From contig JAJYLH010000002.1 in NCBI GenBank assembly GCA_021787845.1, positions 217,073 to 281,072 on the forward strand: a DNA stretch of 64,000 nt, written 5' to 3'. The notes beneath the pieces are model-generated. The model saw only the letters and a program-made list of their open reading frames with translations, ran no database searches and was not told the origin of the DNA. Positions within the stretch are counted from its first letter, which is position 1; every line of letters begins with the position of its first letter. Positions 47,520 to 56,998 of this stretch are shown here, piece by piece. The position numbers and the translations under genes are program-made. The DNA comes from Myxococcales bacterium (GTDB lineage Bacteria > Myxococcota > Myxococcia > Myxococcales > JAJYLH01).

Positions 47520-49576
47520 CTAGTTGCCGGACTGGGCGGCCTCCGCCGCGTGGGCCTGGAGCACCCGTTCCGCGAGCTTCCCGGTCAGCTCCGAGTGATG
47601 GTCGTGCTTCGCGGTGAAGGAGGCGAGGCCGTGAGAAATCGACCGCAGCTCGACGATCAGATCGTGCAGCTCGGCGAGCGGCACGTAGGCGGAAATCCGG
47701 TCGCGCGGGACGTCGCCTTCGGCGGGCTCGAAGCCCAAGAGCTGGCCCCGGCGGCCGGTCAGCACCCGCTGGGCCTTGCTCGTCGCCTCCCGCGGCACGA
47801 ACGCCTCCACCAGCATCACCGGCTCGAGCAACACCGGGTCGAGCTTCGGCAGCGCTTCCGACACGCCGATGCGCGCCGCGGTTCGAAACGCCTGATCGGA
47901 GCTGTCGACCGTGTGGTAGCTGCCGTCGGTCAAGGTGACCGAGACGTCGACCACCGGGAACCCGAGCGGCCCTTTCTGGAGCGCGTCGTGCACGCCCTCT
48001 TCCACCGCCGGGATGAAGTTCTTGGGGATGGAGCCACCGACGATGGTCTCATGGAACTCGACACCGCTGCCGCGGGGCAGCGGCACGAAGTCGAGGTGCA
48101 CGTCGCCGAATTGGCCGTGCCCGCCGCTCTGGCGCTTGTAGCGGGAGTGCTCCTTGCCCGGCTTCTTGACGGTCTCCCGATAGGGCACCCGCGGCCGTTG
48201 CGCCTCGACCGGCAGGTGCTGGCGGCTCTTGAGCCGCTCCAGGGCGACGTGCAGGTGCAATTCCCCCTGCCCCGCGAGGATGAGCTGCTGGGTGTCCTGA
48301 TCCTGCTCCAGGGCGAGCGCCGGGTCCTCCTCGATCAGCCGGGCGACCGCGAGCGGCAGCTTCACTTCGTCCGTCCGCTTCTCCGCGTGGATGGCGAGGG
48401 TGTAGACCGGCCTCGGCGGCGCGGGCCAGAACGCCGGGGGCGGGGTCGAGCCTTCCGGCGTCACCAATTCGCCCGTCCTGAGCGACTCCACCTTCAAGAG
48501 GCCGACCACCTCGCCTTCCTTCGCTTCGGGTGAGCGCTTCTGCTGAGCGCCGAGGATCTCGATCACCCCGCCGACCCGGGTGCCGGCGATCGCCCCGCCG
48601 TCGGAGACGGACCCGTGCCACACCCGCACCAGGCTCAACCGTCCCGCGTGGGCGATGAACGAGGTCTGGAACGACTGGACGAGCGGCCCCGCGCCGTCCG
48701 GGATCTGCAGCCGCTTGCGGGTGGCCGCGACGTCCGGCGCCTCGTGGCGCAGCGCCTTCCACAGCCTGGTGACCCCGAGCCCCCGGTCCGCGGCGCCGAT
48801 GAACACCGGCACGATGGCGTCCTCGGTCAGCTCGCGGGTGAGGCCCTGGTACACCTCCTCCGTGGTGGGCACCTGGTCCTCGAGCAGCTTCGCGAGCACC
48901 AGGTCGTCGTGGTCGGCCACCGCCTCCAGCATCTTCTGGCGCGCCTCGGCTTCCTCCGGCTTGACGTCCTCGGGCAGCTCGACCCGCTCGGTCGCGCCGC
49001 TCACCAGCCGCCAGGCGCGCTCGCTCGTCAGGTCGACGAAACCGACGATGTCGCCGCCGGCGGTCATCGGCAGCTCGCGCAGCACGAGGGGACGGCTGCT
49101 GGCCTCCTGCAGCGCGGCGATGACCTCGGTCAGCGGCGAGGCCGGCGCGTCGATCTTGTTGATGAAGATGAAGTGAGGGACCCGGAGCTGGTCCAGAAAG
49201 GCGAAGAGCGGCGCCACCGCGAGCGCGTGGTCGGGCACCGGGTCGACCACCACCACCACCGCGTCGGCCACCGTGATCGCCCGGCGCGAGTCGTGGTCCA
49301 GCTCGACCGAGCCCGGCGTGTCGAGAATCGCCCAGCGATCCCCGAGGTAGCTCGTGGTCGCGACGTTGATCTCGATCGACATCCCGCGCGCGCGCGCCTC
49401 GGGCGTCGCGTCGCCGACCGAGGTGCCGGCGGTGACGCTGCCCGCCTGGCCGATCGTGCCGGCCTCGAGGAGCAAGCGCTCCATCAGGGTGGTCTTGCCG
49501 GTCAAATGCGGTCCCGCCAGGACGACACAGCGCGGGGACGAGTGGGCGACAGCCATGCTTGGGAGCTCCTCGAAGA
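47520..49576 (-). CDS. Elongation factor G-like GTPase paralog (685 aa) with a non-canonical switch II
   Basis: G1 GPHLTGKTT, G4 NKID, and EF-G domains II to V (RGSGVEFHETIVGGSIPKNFIPAVEEG). The switch II DxxGH motif reads DTPGSVEL, so the catalytic His is replaced by Ser. Start MAVAHSS at 49576. Confidence 0.8.
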
Positions 49577-49739
49577 AAAGGCGGGGGAGGGTTAACACGC
49601 CGGGGGGCGGCCCACCAAGGAGTTTTCGTCCGCCTCGACCCGGGCGGGCGAAAATGCCTATGCTCGAGCGCCCTGAGTTCGTTCGACGGCCTTGGTTCTC
49701 GACCGGCCAAAGCCTCTGGCGTTCTTCTTCCGAGCTGCC

Positions 49740-50990
49740 ATGGCGAGCATTCCGGTCGTCCGTTTTTCGCCGCCGTACGGGCCGGCTCCGCGGCTTTCGC
49801 CCCTGGTCGAGGTCTCCGTCGAGCTGGACGGCCAGCGCATGGTCGAAGTGCGCGCGGCCGCGCGAGCGAGCGGCAGGCTCATGCTTTCTCCCGAGGCGCT
49901 GGCGATCGCCCGCTTCTTCGACGGAGGTCGCGACCTGCGCGCGGTCCAGCGGGCGATTCACGAGAAGTACGGGCAGATTCTCTACGTCGAACGCATCCAC
50001 GAGCTGGCGCGGGCGCTCCACCAGGCGGGGCTCTTCGAGGCGGACCAGACCCCCAACCGCCTGGAGGCGCCGACGGTCCCGGACCTGCGCGCGCTCGTGC
50101 CCCGGTTCCGGCGGCTCGCCCACGCGGGCCGCGCCTACCCGGCCAACGCCGACGCGCTCCGGGAGCTGCTCCGGTCCTACTTTTCGGCAGCGCCGTCGCC
50201 TGGCGAAACGGTCCCGTCGCCGGTGGCGGGCCTCGTCGCCCCGCACGTCGATCTCTTCCGGGGAGGCGCCACCCACGCGCGCGCCTATCAGGCGCTCCGC
50301 GCGACCACGGCCGACATCTTCGTCATCCTCGGCACCACGCACGCATCCCTGCCGCACCTCTACACGGCGACCCGAGCGCTCTACGACACCCCTTTCGGAC
50401 CGCTTCCGACCGACGAGCGGGCGCTGGCCGCCCTCGCCGAGGCCTACGGTCCCGAGCTGTTCGCCCACGAACCCGCCCACGAGGCCGAGCCTTCGATCGA
50501 GCTGTCCGCGCTGATGCTGCGCTACCTCTTCCCGGACCGGCCGATCACGATCTTGCCCGTCCTGTGCGGGTCGCTCTACCCCTGCGCGGCGAGAGGCGAA
50601 CGGCCGGACGAGCAACCGGAGGTGGCGCGGATGCTCGCGGGCCTCGAGATCGCTCTCGGGGGGCGCGACGCGGTCGTCATCGCCGCCGCCGATTTATCCC
50701 ATGTCGGGGAGCTCTATGGCGATGATCATGCGCCCTCGGCCGCCGAGTTGGCCGCGCTCGCCGAGGCCGACCGCCAGTCGCTCTCCCGGGTCGAGGCGCT
50801 CGATCCGGAGGGCTTCTTCGATCACGTCGGCCCCGACGCCGACACCCGGCGCATCGCCGCCCTCACCCCCATCTACACGATGCTGCGGGCGGTGAAGGGA
50901 ACGCGCGCCCGGCTCATCGACTACGCCCGGTGGGTCGGCGAGGAGACAGGCTCCGCGATCACCTTCGCCGCGGCCGCCGTCGAAGCGTGA
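49740..50990 (+). CDS. Memo1-like protein (AmmeMemoRadiSam system protein B family) with an N-terminal extension of about 100 aa
   Basis: AGRAYPANADALRELL...VAGLVAPHVDLFRGG...IFVILGTTH are Memo/UPF0103 hallmarks. 416 aa, against about 280 aa for a typical Memo. Confidence 0.7.
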   Translation: MASIPVVRFSPPYGPAPRLSPLVEVSVELDGQRMVEVRAAARASGRLMLSPEALAIARFFDGGRDLRAVQRAIHEKYGQILYVERIHELARALHQAGLFEADQTPNRLEAPTVPDLRALVPRFRRLAHAGRAYPANADALRELLRSYFSAAPSPGETVPSPVAGLVAPHVDLFRGGATHARAYQALRATTADIFVILGTTHASLPHLYTATRALYDTPFGPLPTDERALAALAEAYGPELFAHEPAHEAEPSIELSALMLRYLFPDRPITILPVLCGSLYPCAARGERPDEQPEVARMLAGLEIALGGRDAVVIAAADLSHVGELYGDDHAPSAAELAALAEADRQSLSRVEALDPEGFFDHVGPDADTRRIAALTPIYTMLRAVKGTRARLIDYARWVGEETGSAITFAAAAVEA

Positions 50991-50992
50991 CG

Positions 50993-51421
50993 ATGCCCCG
51001 CCTCTCCGACGAAGCCGTCCGGGCGATGCACCTTCTGGCGCTGGACGCCACCGCTCTCGTTCGGCGAATCGAGTCCCGCCACGAGCAGATGGTGGCGGGC
51101 TTCTCGCGCCTGCGCGACCGCGACGCCCTGCTCGGAGCCCTCCACGCTTTCGGCCTGACCGCCCGGTTCCAGGATTTCTCGGCGCTCCCCATCGCCGTCC
51201 AGGACGCCGCCCTCCGCTTCTACGAGCTGGCCGACGACCTCCGCTGGTACTGCAAGTTCACCCAGGACATGCCAGGAGCGCTCTCGCTGCGCTTGGAAGC
51301 TTTTCGCCGCGAGCTCGCCCAGGCACACGCCGCCCTCGCCCGGGTGCTCGAGGCCTCGACGAGCCGGGCGCGCCGCCGCCGTCCGGCCGCCCGGCCGGCA
51401 AGGGCCAAAGCGCGAGGCTGA
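50993..51421 (+). CDS. Small helical hypothetical protein (142 aa), translationally coupled to the Memo-like gene
   Basis: The ATG at 50993 lies 2 nt after the Memo stop. Codon bias is consistent with coding. No motif. Confidence 0.4.
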   Translation: MPRLSDEAVRAMHLLALDATALVRRIESRHEQMVAGFSRLRDRDALLGALHAFGLTARFQDFSALPIAVQDAALRFYELADDLRWYCKFTQDMPGALSLRLEAFRRELAQAHAALARVLEASTSRARRRRPAARPARAKARG

Positions 51422-51428
51422 CCGGCCG

Positions 51429-51545
51429 GGGGCTCTTTTTCGAAGCCATTTCCACCTGTCGCAGTTTACTGCATGTTGCTCGGAGCGCGGCCCGAAGCAT
51501 GCAGTATAGTGCCGGATCGCGATCGGGCTCTGGAAAAGGCGCACC
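51429..51545 (+). promoter_or_regulatory. Conserved roughly 120-nt terminator-plus-promoter-like module (copy 2): GGGGGCTCTTTTTCG, then GCAGTTTACTGCATGTT, then CATGCAGTATAGTGC, then GGAAAAGG
   Basis: Preceded by the 9-bp inverted repeat CCCGGCCGG...CCGGCCGGG and then a T5 run, which is intrinsic-terminator-like for the upstream gene. A perfect 9-bp inverted repeat TACTGCATG-N24-CATGCAGTA includes the TATAGT box. Lies about 30-80 nt upstream of the RseP-like gene. Confidence 0.45.
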
Positions 51546-51575
51546 GGGCAGGTCGGTCCGGGGTCGCGTGTTAGC

Positions 51576-52664
51576 GTGGCCGTCGGTTTCGGGCCGCCCC
51601 GCGCGAGGGCCCACGGAGAGGCGCGCTTGTCGATTCTGCTCGCGGTGATCGCGTTCGGGGGGCTGGTCGCGTTTCACGAGGCCGGGCACATGTGGGCGGC
51701 GCGCCGGCTCGGGATGCGGGTCGAGCGCTTCTCGATCGGCTTTGGTCCGGTGGTGCTGCGGCGGCGGCGGGGAGAGACGGAGTATGCGCTGAGCGCGATT
51801 CCCATCGGCGGCTACGTGAAGATCGCGGGGATGGCGCCGGAGGACGAGGTCCGGCCGGACGATCCGCGGAGCTACCAGAACAAGCCGGCCTGGGCGCGCC
51901 TGCTCGTGATCCTGGCGGGGCCGGCGTCGAACTACCTGCTGGCGTTCCTGATCGGGGTGCCGATCCTGATGACGGCGGTGCCCGCCCCGGACCTCTCCTC
52001 GACCCGCGTGGGGCAGGTGCTCTCCCATAGTCCGGCAGCGCGAGCGGGACTCGAGAGCGGTGACGACATCCGCTGGATCGGCGGGAAAGCGGTCCGCAAC
52101 TTCGACGAGATCAAGACCGCCATCCAGAGCGCGTCGAAGGACCACCCGGGGAAGCCGATTCCCTTCGTGGTGCTGCGAAGCGGGAAGAGCCGGATGCTGG
52201 GCATCACGCCCAAGGACGGGCTCATCGGCATCGGACCGGCGACCAGGCTCCTGCCGCCGCTGCCCTTCGCGCAAGCGATCGGGCGTTCGTTCACCCGTCT
52301 CGGCGAAGAGACCCGGGACAGCGCGCACGTGCTCGGGATGCTCCTGACCGGCAAGGCGGGGCTGCACGACCTCGAAGGGCCGATCGGCATCGGCTCGGAC
52401 ATCGCGTCGAGCGCCGAGAGCGGCCTCGCGAGCTACTTCGAGATGGTCTGGCTGGTCTCGGTCGCGCTCGGCTTTCTCAACCTGCTCCCGATTCCCGCGC
52501 TCGATGGCGGGCGCGGCGTCTTTCTCCTCTACGAGCTGGTCTCGCGCCGGCGGGTGAACCCGCGGCTCGAGGCGACGATCCACACCGTCGGGCTCCTGGT
52601 GTTGGTCGTGCTCATCCTCTTCGTTTCGAAGGGGGATGTCGCGCGGTTGTGGCACGGGCGCTAG
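51576..52664 (+). CDS. rseP: RseP-type site-2 protease (M50 zinc metalloprotease with PDZ domain)
   Basis: AFHEAGHMWAA contains the HExxH motif within the first TM helix. PDZ-like region GQVLSHSPAARAGLESGDDI. C-terminal LDGG motif LNLLPIPALDGGRGV. The true start may be the downstream TTG or GTG near 51627. Confidence 0.8.
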   Translation: MAVGFGPPRARAHGEARLSILLAVIAFGGLVAFHEAGHMWAARRLGMRVERFSIGFGPVVLRRRRGETEYALSAIPIGGYVKIAGMAPEDEVRPDDPRSYQNKPAWARLLVILAGPASNYLLAFLIGVPILMTAVPAPDLSSTRVGQVLSHSPAARAGLESGDDIRWIGGKAVRNFDEIKTAIQSASKDHPGKPIPFVVLRSGKSRMLGITPKDGLIGIGPATRLLPPLPFAQAIGRSFTRLGEETRDSAHVLGMLLTGKAGLHDLEGPIGIGSDIASSAESGLASYFEMVWLVSVALGFLNLLPIPALDGGRGVFLLYELVSRRRVNPRLEATIHTVGLLVLVVLILFVSKGDVARLWHGR

Positions 52665-52681
52665 CATGGTGCCCTGAGCCG

Positions 52682-53230
52682 ATGGCACAGGCGAGCCAAC
52701 CGAGCGATCCGAAGATCGAGGCGCGGGCGACGCTCGCGGCCGAGCGCGCCAAGGTCGCCGCGGACCGGGCCAAGACCGCCGCCGTCGACAGCGCCCGGTG
52801 GCTGCACGACGAGGCCGGACGGCTGTGGGCCGACTACCGCAAGCAGTCGAAGTTCTTCAAGTGGCGGGCGTGGATCGTGGTCGCCTTCTCGCTCGTCACG
52901 ATTTTCAGCGTCGCGATGGCGACCCGGCCCCAGTGGTCGAACGGCATCCAGGCGCAGGTGATCGCCACCGCGGGCGACCTCGGCGGTCTCAACATCTACG
53001 TCGAGAACAACTCGACGGAGGCCTGGACCCACGTCGTGCTCGTGCTCGACGGCGCCTACCGCTTCAAGCAGGACAAGGTGGCGCCGACGAGCCGCTCGAT
53101 GCCGTTCGTCGTCAACACCACCCAGTTCGCGAAGGCGAACGCCGAGACACCGGGCCCCGGCTACCGGCCGCGCACGCTCGAGGTCGAGTGCGACCAGGGG
53201 TCGTACACCTACGCCTTCGGCACCCCCTAG
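52682..53230 (+). CDS. Hypothetical membrane-anchored protein
   Basis: Single TM segment WRAWIVVAFSLVTIFSVAMA. Codon bias is weakly consistent with coding. Confidence 0.35.
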   Translation: MAQASQPSDPKIEARATLAAERAKVAADRAKTAAVDSARWLHDEAGRLWADYRKQSKFFKWRAWIVVAFSLVTIFSVAMATRPQWSNGIQAQVIATAGDLGGLNIYVENNSTEAWTHVVLVLDGAYRFKQDKVAPTSRSMPFVVNTTQFAKANAETPGPGYRPRTLEVECDQGSYTYAFGTP

Positions 53231-53553
53231 CCGGGCGCCCGCACCGCGCGCGCCCGCTCGCGCAGCGCCAACGCCTCGTCCGACTTGCCCATCGCCTCGG
53301 TCGTGTCGGCATCGGCCTCCAGGAGTTGGGCGTAGGCGTCGGACTTCTTCGGGTCGCGCAGCATCATCGCGCATCCGGCCGGGGCGACCGAGTCGAGCAC
53401 GTGGCGCGGCATGCCAAGGAGATCGGCAGCCCTCTTGCTGGTCGCCTCGAGCGCGGCCGCCAGCTCGCCCTTCTCACGGTGCTCGGCAGCGCTCCCGAGC
53501 ATCGCGTTGAGCAGGGTGTCGAGCTTGAGGAACCGGTCATCGCGCAGCGGCAT
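53227..53553 (-). CDS. Small hypothetical protein (108 aa), translationally coupled to the aminotransferase gene (ATGA overlap)
   Basis: Internal Met MPLRDDRFLKLDTLLNAMLG. Its ATG overlaps the aspartate aminotransferase stop at 53551-53555. Confidence 0.35.
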   Translation of the reverse strand: MPLRDDRFLKLDTLLNAMLGSAAEHREKGELAAALEATSKRAADLLGMPRHVLDSVAPAGCAMMLRDPKKSDAYAQLLEADADTTEAMGKSDEALALRERARAVRAPG

Positions 53554-54782
53554 CAGGCCATCCTCGCGAACGCTTCCTTCAGCCGCTGGAGCCCGAGCGC
53601 GACCTGGCTCGTCGAGGTGGCGAAGGAAAGGCGCAGGTGCTCGGGAGCGCCGAAGGTGTCCCCGGGGACCAGCGCGACGTCCTGCTCTTCGAGGAGAATC
53701 TCCGCGAGCGTCTCTGCGGAGTCGACGCGCCGGTCGCCGAAGCGGCGGCCGAGGAGCTTCCCGATCGAGGGGAACGCGTAGAACGCGCCCGCGGGCATCG
53801 GGCACTCGACGCCCTCGACGGCCGAAAGCCCGGGCACCAGGAGGTCCCGGCGCTTCTCGAACTCGGCGGTCATCGCCTCCACCACGTCCTGCGGCCCGTC
53901 GAGCGCGGCGAGCGCGCCCATCTGGGCGAAGGCGGTCAAGCTGGAGGTCGACTGGTCCTGGATGCAGCCCATCGCGCTGACGATCGAGCGCGGCCCGGCC
54001 GCCCAGCCGATGCGAAATCCGGTCATCGAGTAGGCTTTGGAGACGCCGTTGACGACGACCGTGCGCGCCTTCCACTCCGGCGAAAGCTGCGCCAGGTTCT
54101 GGAAGCGGCGGCCGTCGAAGAGGATGCGCGAGTAGATGTCGTCGCTGACGACCAGCGCGCCGCTGTCCTCCAAGACCCGCGCCAGCGCCTCCAGCGTCGA
54201 GCGGTCGAAGAGGGCGCCGGTGGGATTGCCGGGCGAGTTGAGCAGGACCGCTCTCGTACGGCTCGTCAGCGCGCGGCGGACGCGGTCCGGGTCGGGCAGG
54301 AATCCGTCCTCGGCGAAGGTGGGGACGAACACCGGCGTCGCTCCGGAGAGCGCGACGATTTCCGGGTAGCTCGCCCAGTAGGGCGCGAAGACGAGCACCT
54401 CGTCGCCCGGCTCGCAGGTCGCTTGGAATACCTCGTAGAGCGCCATCTTCGCGCCCGAGGTGACGATGAGGTCCTCGGGCTCGTACGTCAGGCCGAAGTC
54501 CGCCTGCATCCGCCGGGCGATGGCCGCGCGCAGCTCGATGAGGCCGCTCGTCGCAGTGTAGCGGGTGTAGCCCTTCTCCATCGCCTCGGCGGTGGCCCGG
54601 CGCACGTGGGCCGGCGTCGGGAAATCCGGCTCGCCGGCGGCGAAGAAGACGATGTTGCGCCCGGCGGCCGCCAGCGCCTTCGCCCGCGCGTTGAGCTGCA
54701 AGATGAGGGACGGCTGCGCACCCGAGGCGCGGGAGGCGAGCCGCCAGGGGCCGGTGGCGTTCTGGGCGGGAGCAGGCTGCAT
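53553..54782 (-). CDS. aspC: Aspartate/aromatic aminotransferase (class I, PLP-dependent)
   Basis: 409 aa. AAGEPDFPTP...NSPGNPTG...NGVSKAYSMTGFRIGW contains the PLP-lysine SK motif. Confidence 0.85.
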   Translation of the reverse strand: MQPAPAQNATGPWRLASRASGAQPSLILQLNARAKALAAAGRNIVFFAAGEPDFPTPAHVRRATAEAMEKGYTRYTATSGLIELRAAIARRMQADFGLTYEPEDLIVTSGAKMALYEVFQATCEPGDEVLVFAPYWASYPEIVALSGATPVFVPTFAEDGFLPDPDRVRRALTSRTRAVLLNSPGNPTGALFDRSTLEALARVLEDSGALVVSDDIYSRILFDGRRFQNLAQLSPEWKARTVVVNGVSKAYSMTGFRIGWAAGPRSIVSAMGCIQDQSTSSLTAFAQMGALAALDGPQDVVEAMTAEFEKRRDLLVPGLSAVEGVECPMPAGAFYAFPSIGKLLGRRFGDRRVDSAETLAEILLEEQDVALVPGDTFGAPEHLRLSFATSTSQVALGLQRLKEAFARMA

Positions 54783-55210
54783 CGTGTGGCCCGGATTCAA
54801 AGGGCGCCCCGTTGCGCCGGGCGCTATCTGGCCCGCCGGAGCGCCCGCGTCAAGTCGCACCGCGGCAGGCGGAGGTCTGGGCCGGAGCCCTTGGCGATCC
54901 GAAGTCGTTGCGCTCGGGTCGAGTTGCGCCAGCCGGCTTTGCGCAGGCGCTCGTCCTGTTTCGCTCAACGGCGATACCCGCGTGCCGCGGGCAGATTCTC
55001 GAACCCGGTGAGCCAACTCCCGGGATGGGTGGCGGGCGAGGGCCCGCATTGCCGGCGGAGGTCTCCGGTGGAGGCCAACGACAGCCTGATTCTGCGAGCG
55101 GACGCGAAGGGCGAGGGGGTCGGCTTTCGGGCCGCGCCGAGCCCCGGGTCGATTCACGCACGCTGTCGAAACGGGCGGCACGGCGCACGGGAGAGCCTTC
55201 TTCTCCACCC

Positions 55211-56230
55211 ATGCCTCGCCCCGATCGCGGCTACCATCCCGCCCGAGGTGACGACGTGACGGACACGCGCGCGCCGCTCGAGGCGCCGGAGGGAACCCGC
55301 GACCTGCTCTTCGAGGACGCCCGGCGGCTGCGCTCCTGTGAAGCGGCCGTCGGTCGGGTCTTCGGGGAGGCGGGATACGCCGAGGTGGTGCCGCCGGTGA
55401 TCGAGCGCTCGGAGCTCTTCGCCGAGGTCGCCTCCCTGCGCGCCACCGACTCGACCGGCCGCTCTCTCTCCCTCCGGGCCGATTTCACCGACCAGATCGC
55501 CCGCATCGCCGCCACCCGCATCAAGGGAACGACACCGCTCAAGCTCTGGTACAGGGGTCCCGTAGTCCGCGATGTCGCTCCGGGCCGCATCGCCCCACGC
55601 GAGCGGTTCCAGATCGGCCTCGAGCTCATCGGCGACGCTTCCCCGAACGCGGACGTCGAGGTCCTCTCCCTCGCCGCGAGCGCCATCGAAGCCGTCGGCA
55701 TCGCCGCGGACGACGTCCGGATCTCGGTCGGCTCCACCACCTACTTTGCGGCCGTGCTCGCGGTAGCCGGTACCGCCCCTGCTATCCAAGCTCAGCTCCG
55801 CGACTGCATCGACCGCAAGGACCGAGCGGGCACCGCGCGCCTGGCCTCCTCGGTCGCTGACGCCAACGCCCGGGACGCGCTCCTGTTTCTCGCCTCTGCC
55901 GAGCCACAGACGCAGGCGCTCTCGACCGCTCGCTCGCTCGCGCCCGACGAGGCCGCAGCTCGGGCGATCGACCGGCTCCAGGCCATCGTCGAGGCGGCGC
56001 GCGCCCGGCTGGGCGACCGACTCGAGGTCGATTTGGGAGAAGTGCGCGGTCTCGGCTACTACACCGGGCTCGTGTTCAACGTCTACGCCAGCGGCGCTCC
56101 CGGCCCCATCGGCGGCGGCGGACGTTACGACCGGCTCCTCGCCCGCTTTGGCGACGAACGCCCAGCGGTAGGGTTCTCGCTCGACCTCGACGCTCTCGCT
56201 CCCCTCGCCCGGTCCGAGGGCGGCCGATGA
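55211..56230 (+). CDS. hisZ: ATP phosphoribosyltransferase regulatory subunit HisZ
   Basis: HisRS-like catalytic-core paralog GTRDLLFEDARRL...LKLWYRGPVVR...RGLGYYTGLVFNVYA, sited immediately upstream of a short-form hisG. Confidence 0.75.
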   Translation: MPRPDRGYHPARGDDVTDTRAPLEAPEGTRDLLFEDARRLRSCEAAVGRVFGEAGYAEVVPPVIERSELFAEVASLRATDSTGRSLSLRADFTDQIARIAATRIKGTTPLKLWYRGPVVRDVAPGRIAPRERFQIGLELIGDASPNADVEVLSLAASAIEAVGIAADDVRISVGSTTYFAAVLAVAGTAPAIQAQLRDCIDRKDRAGTARLASSVADANARDALLFLASAEPQTQALSTARSLAPDEAAARAIDRLQAIVEAARARLGDRLEVDLGEVRGLGYYTGLVFNVYASGAPGPIGGGGRYDRLLARFGDERPAVGFSLDLDALAPLARSEGGR

Positions 56231-56856
56231 ACCTCACCATCGCCCTGGCGAAGGGCCGCCTCTTGCCAGAAGCGGTCAAGCTCCTCGCGCGGGCCGGCGT
56301 CCTCCCCGCGGAGGACCTGGCGAAGACCCGGCAGCTCGTGGTCGACGCGACCGACGGCGCCAAGCTCCTGATTCTCAAGGACCCGGACGTGCCGGTCTAC
56401 GTCGAGCGCGGGGTCGCCGACCTGGGCATCGTCGGGGTCGACCACATCCGCGAGTCGGGCTGCGACGTGCTGGAGCCGCTCGACCTCGCCCTCGGCCGCT
56501 GCCGTTTGTCGCTGTGCGCCCCGGGCCCGAAAGAGCGTCCTCTGGAGGCCCTCCCCGGCCGCGCCTTGCGCGTCGCCACCAAGTACCCGGCCCTCGCGAC
56601 GAAGCTGCTCGCGACGAAAGGGCTCGGCATCGAGGTGCTGCGGCTCCAGGGCTCCGTCGAGCTGGCGCCGGTGGTCGGCCTCGCGGACGCGATCGTCGAT
56701 CTCGTCGAGACCGGCCGCACGCTAGCCGAGAACGGTCTTACTGAGCGCGAAAGGCTGCTGGACGTCAGCGGCCGCCTCATCGCCAACCGCGCCTCCTGGC
56801 GGCTGAAGATGCCCGCGGTGCAGGCGCTGATCGCAGCGTTCGGGGACCCGAGCTGA
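56227..56856 (+). CDS. hisG: ATP phosphoribosyltransferase (short form)
   Basis: MNLTIALAKGRLLPEAVKLL...DLVETGRTLAENGL. 209 aa. Confidence 0.9.
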   Translation: MNLTIALAKGRLLPEAVKLLARAGVLPAEDLAKTRQLVVDATDGAKLLILKDPDVPVYVERGVADLGIVGVDHIRESGCDVLEPLDLALGRCRLSLCAPGPKERPLEALPGRALRVATKYPALATKLLATKGLGIEVLRLQGSVELAPVVGLADAIVDLVETGRTLAENGLTERERLLDVSGRLIANRASWRLKMPAVQALIAAFGDPS

Positions 56857-56874
56857 CGGTGAACGATCGTAGGA

Positions 56875-56990
56875 TGGGTGGAGCGCAGCGCAGCCCATCG
56901 TTCTTCGCTCGACACCTGCGACGATGGGCTTCGCTACGCTCGCCCATCCTGCGCCTAGGTCTACGCCTAGATCGTGGAGGCATCGAGTGT
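56875..56990 (+). promoter_or_regulatory. Structured hisG-hisD spacer with two hairpins sharing the stem GATGGGC/GCCCATC
   Basis: GATGGGtggagcgcagcgcaGCCCATC and GATGGGCttcgctacgctcGCCCATC occur within a 140-nt spacer of noticeably lower GC, inside an otherwise tightly overlapping his operon. Confidence 0.3.
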
Positions 56991-56998
56991 TGCGCCGA

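Noticed and set aside
51258-52688. 476-aa minus-strand ORF
   Set aside because: Antisense to the RseP-like gene, which has a HExxH-in-TM motif, PDZ domain and LDGG motif on the plus strand.
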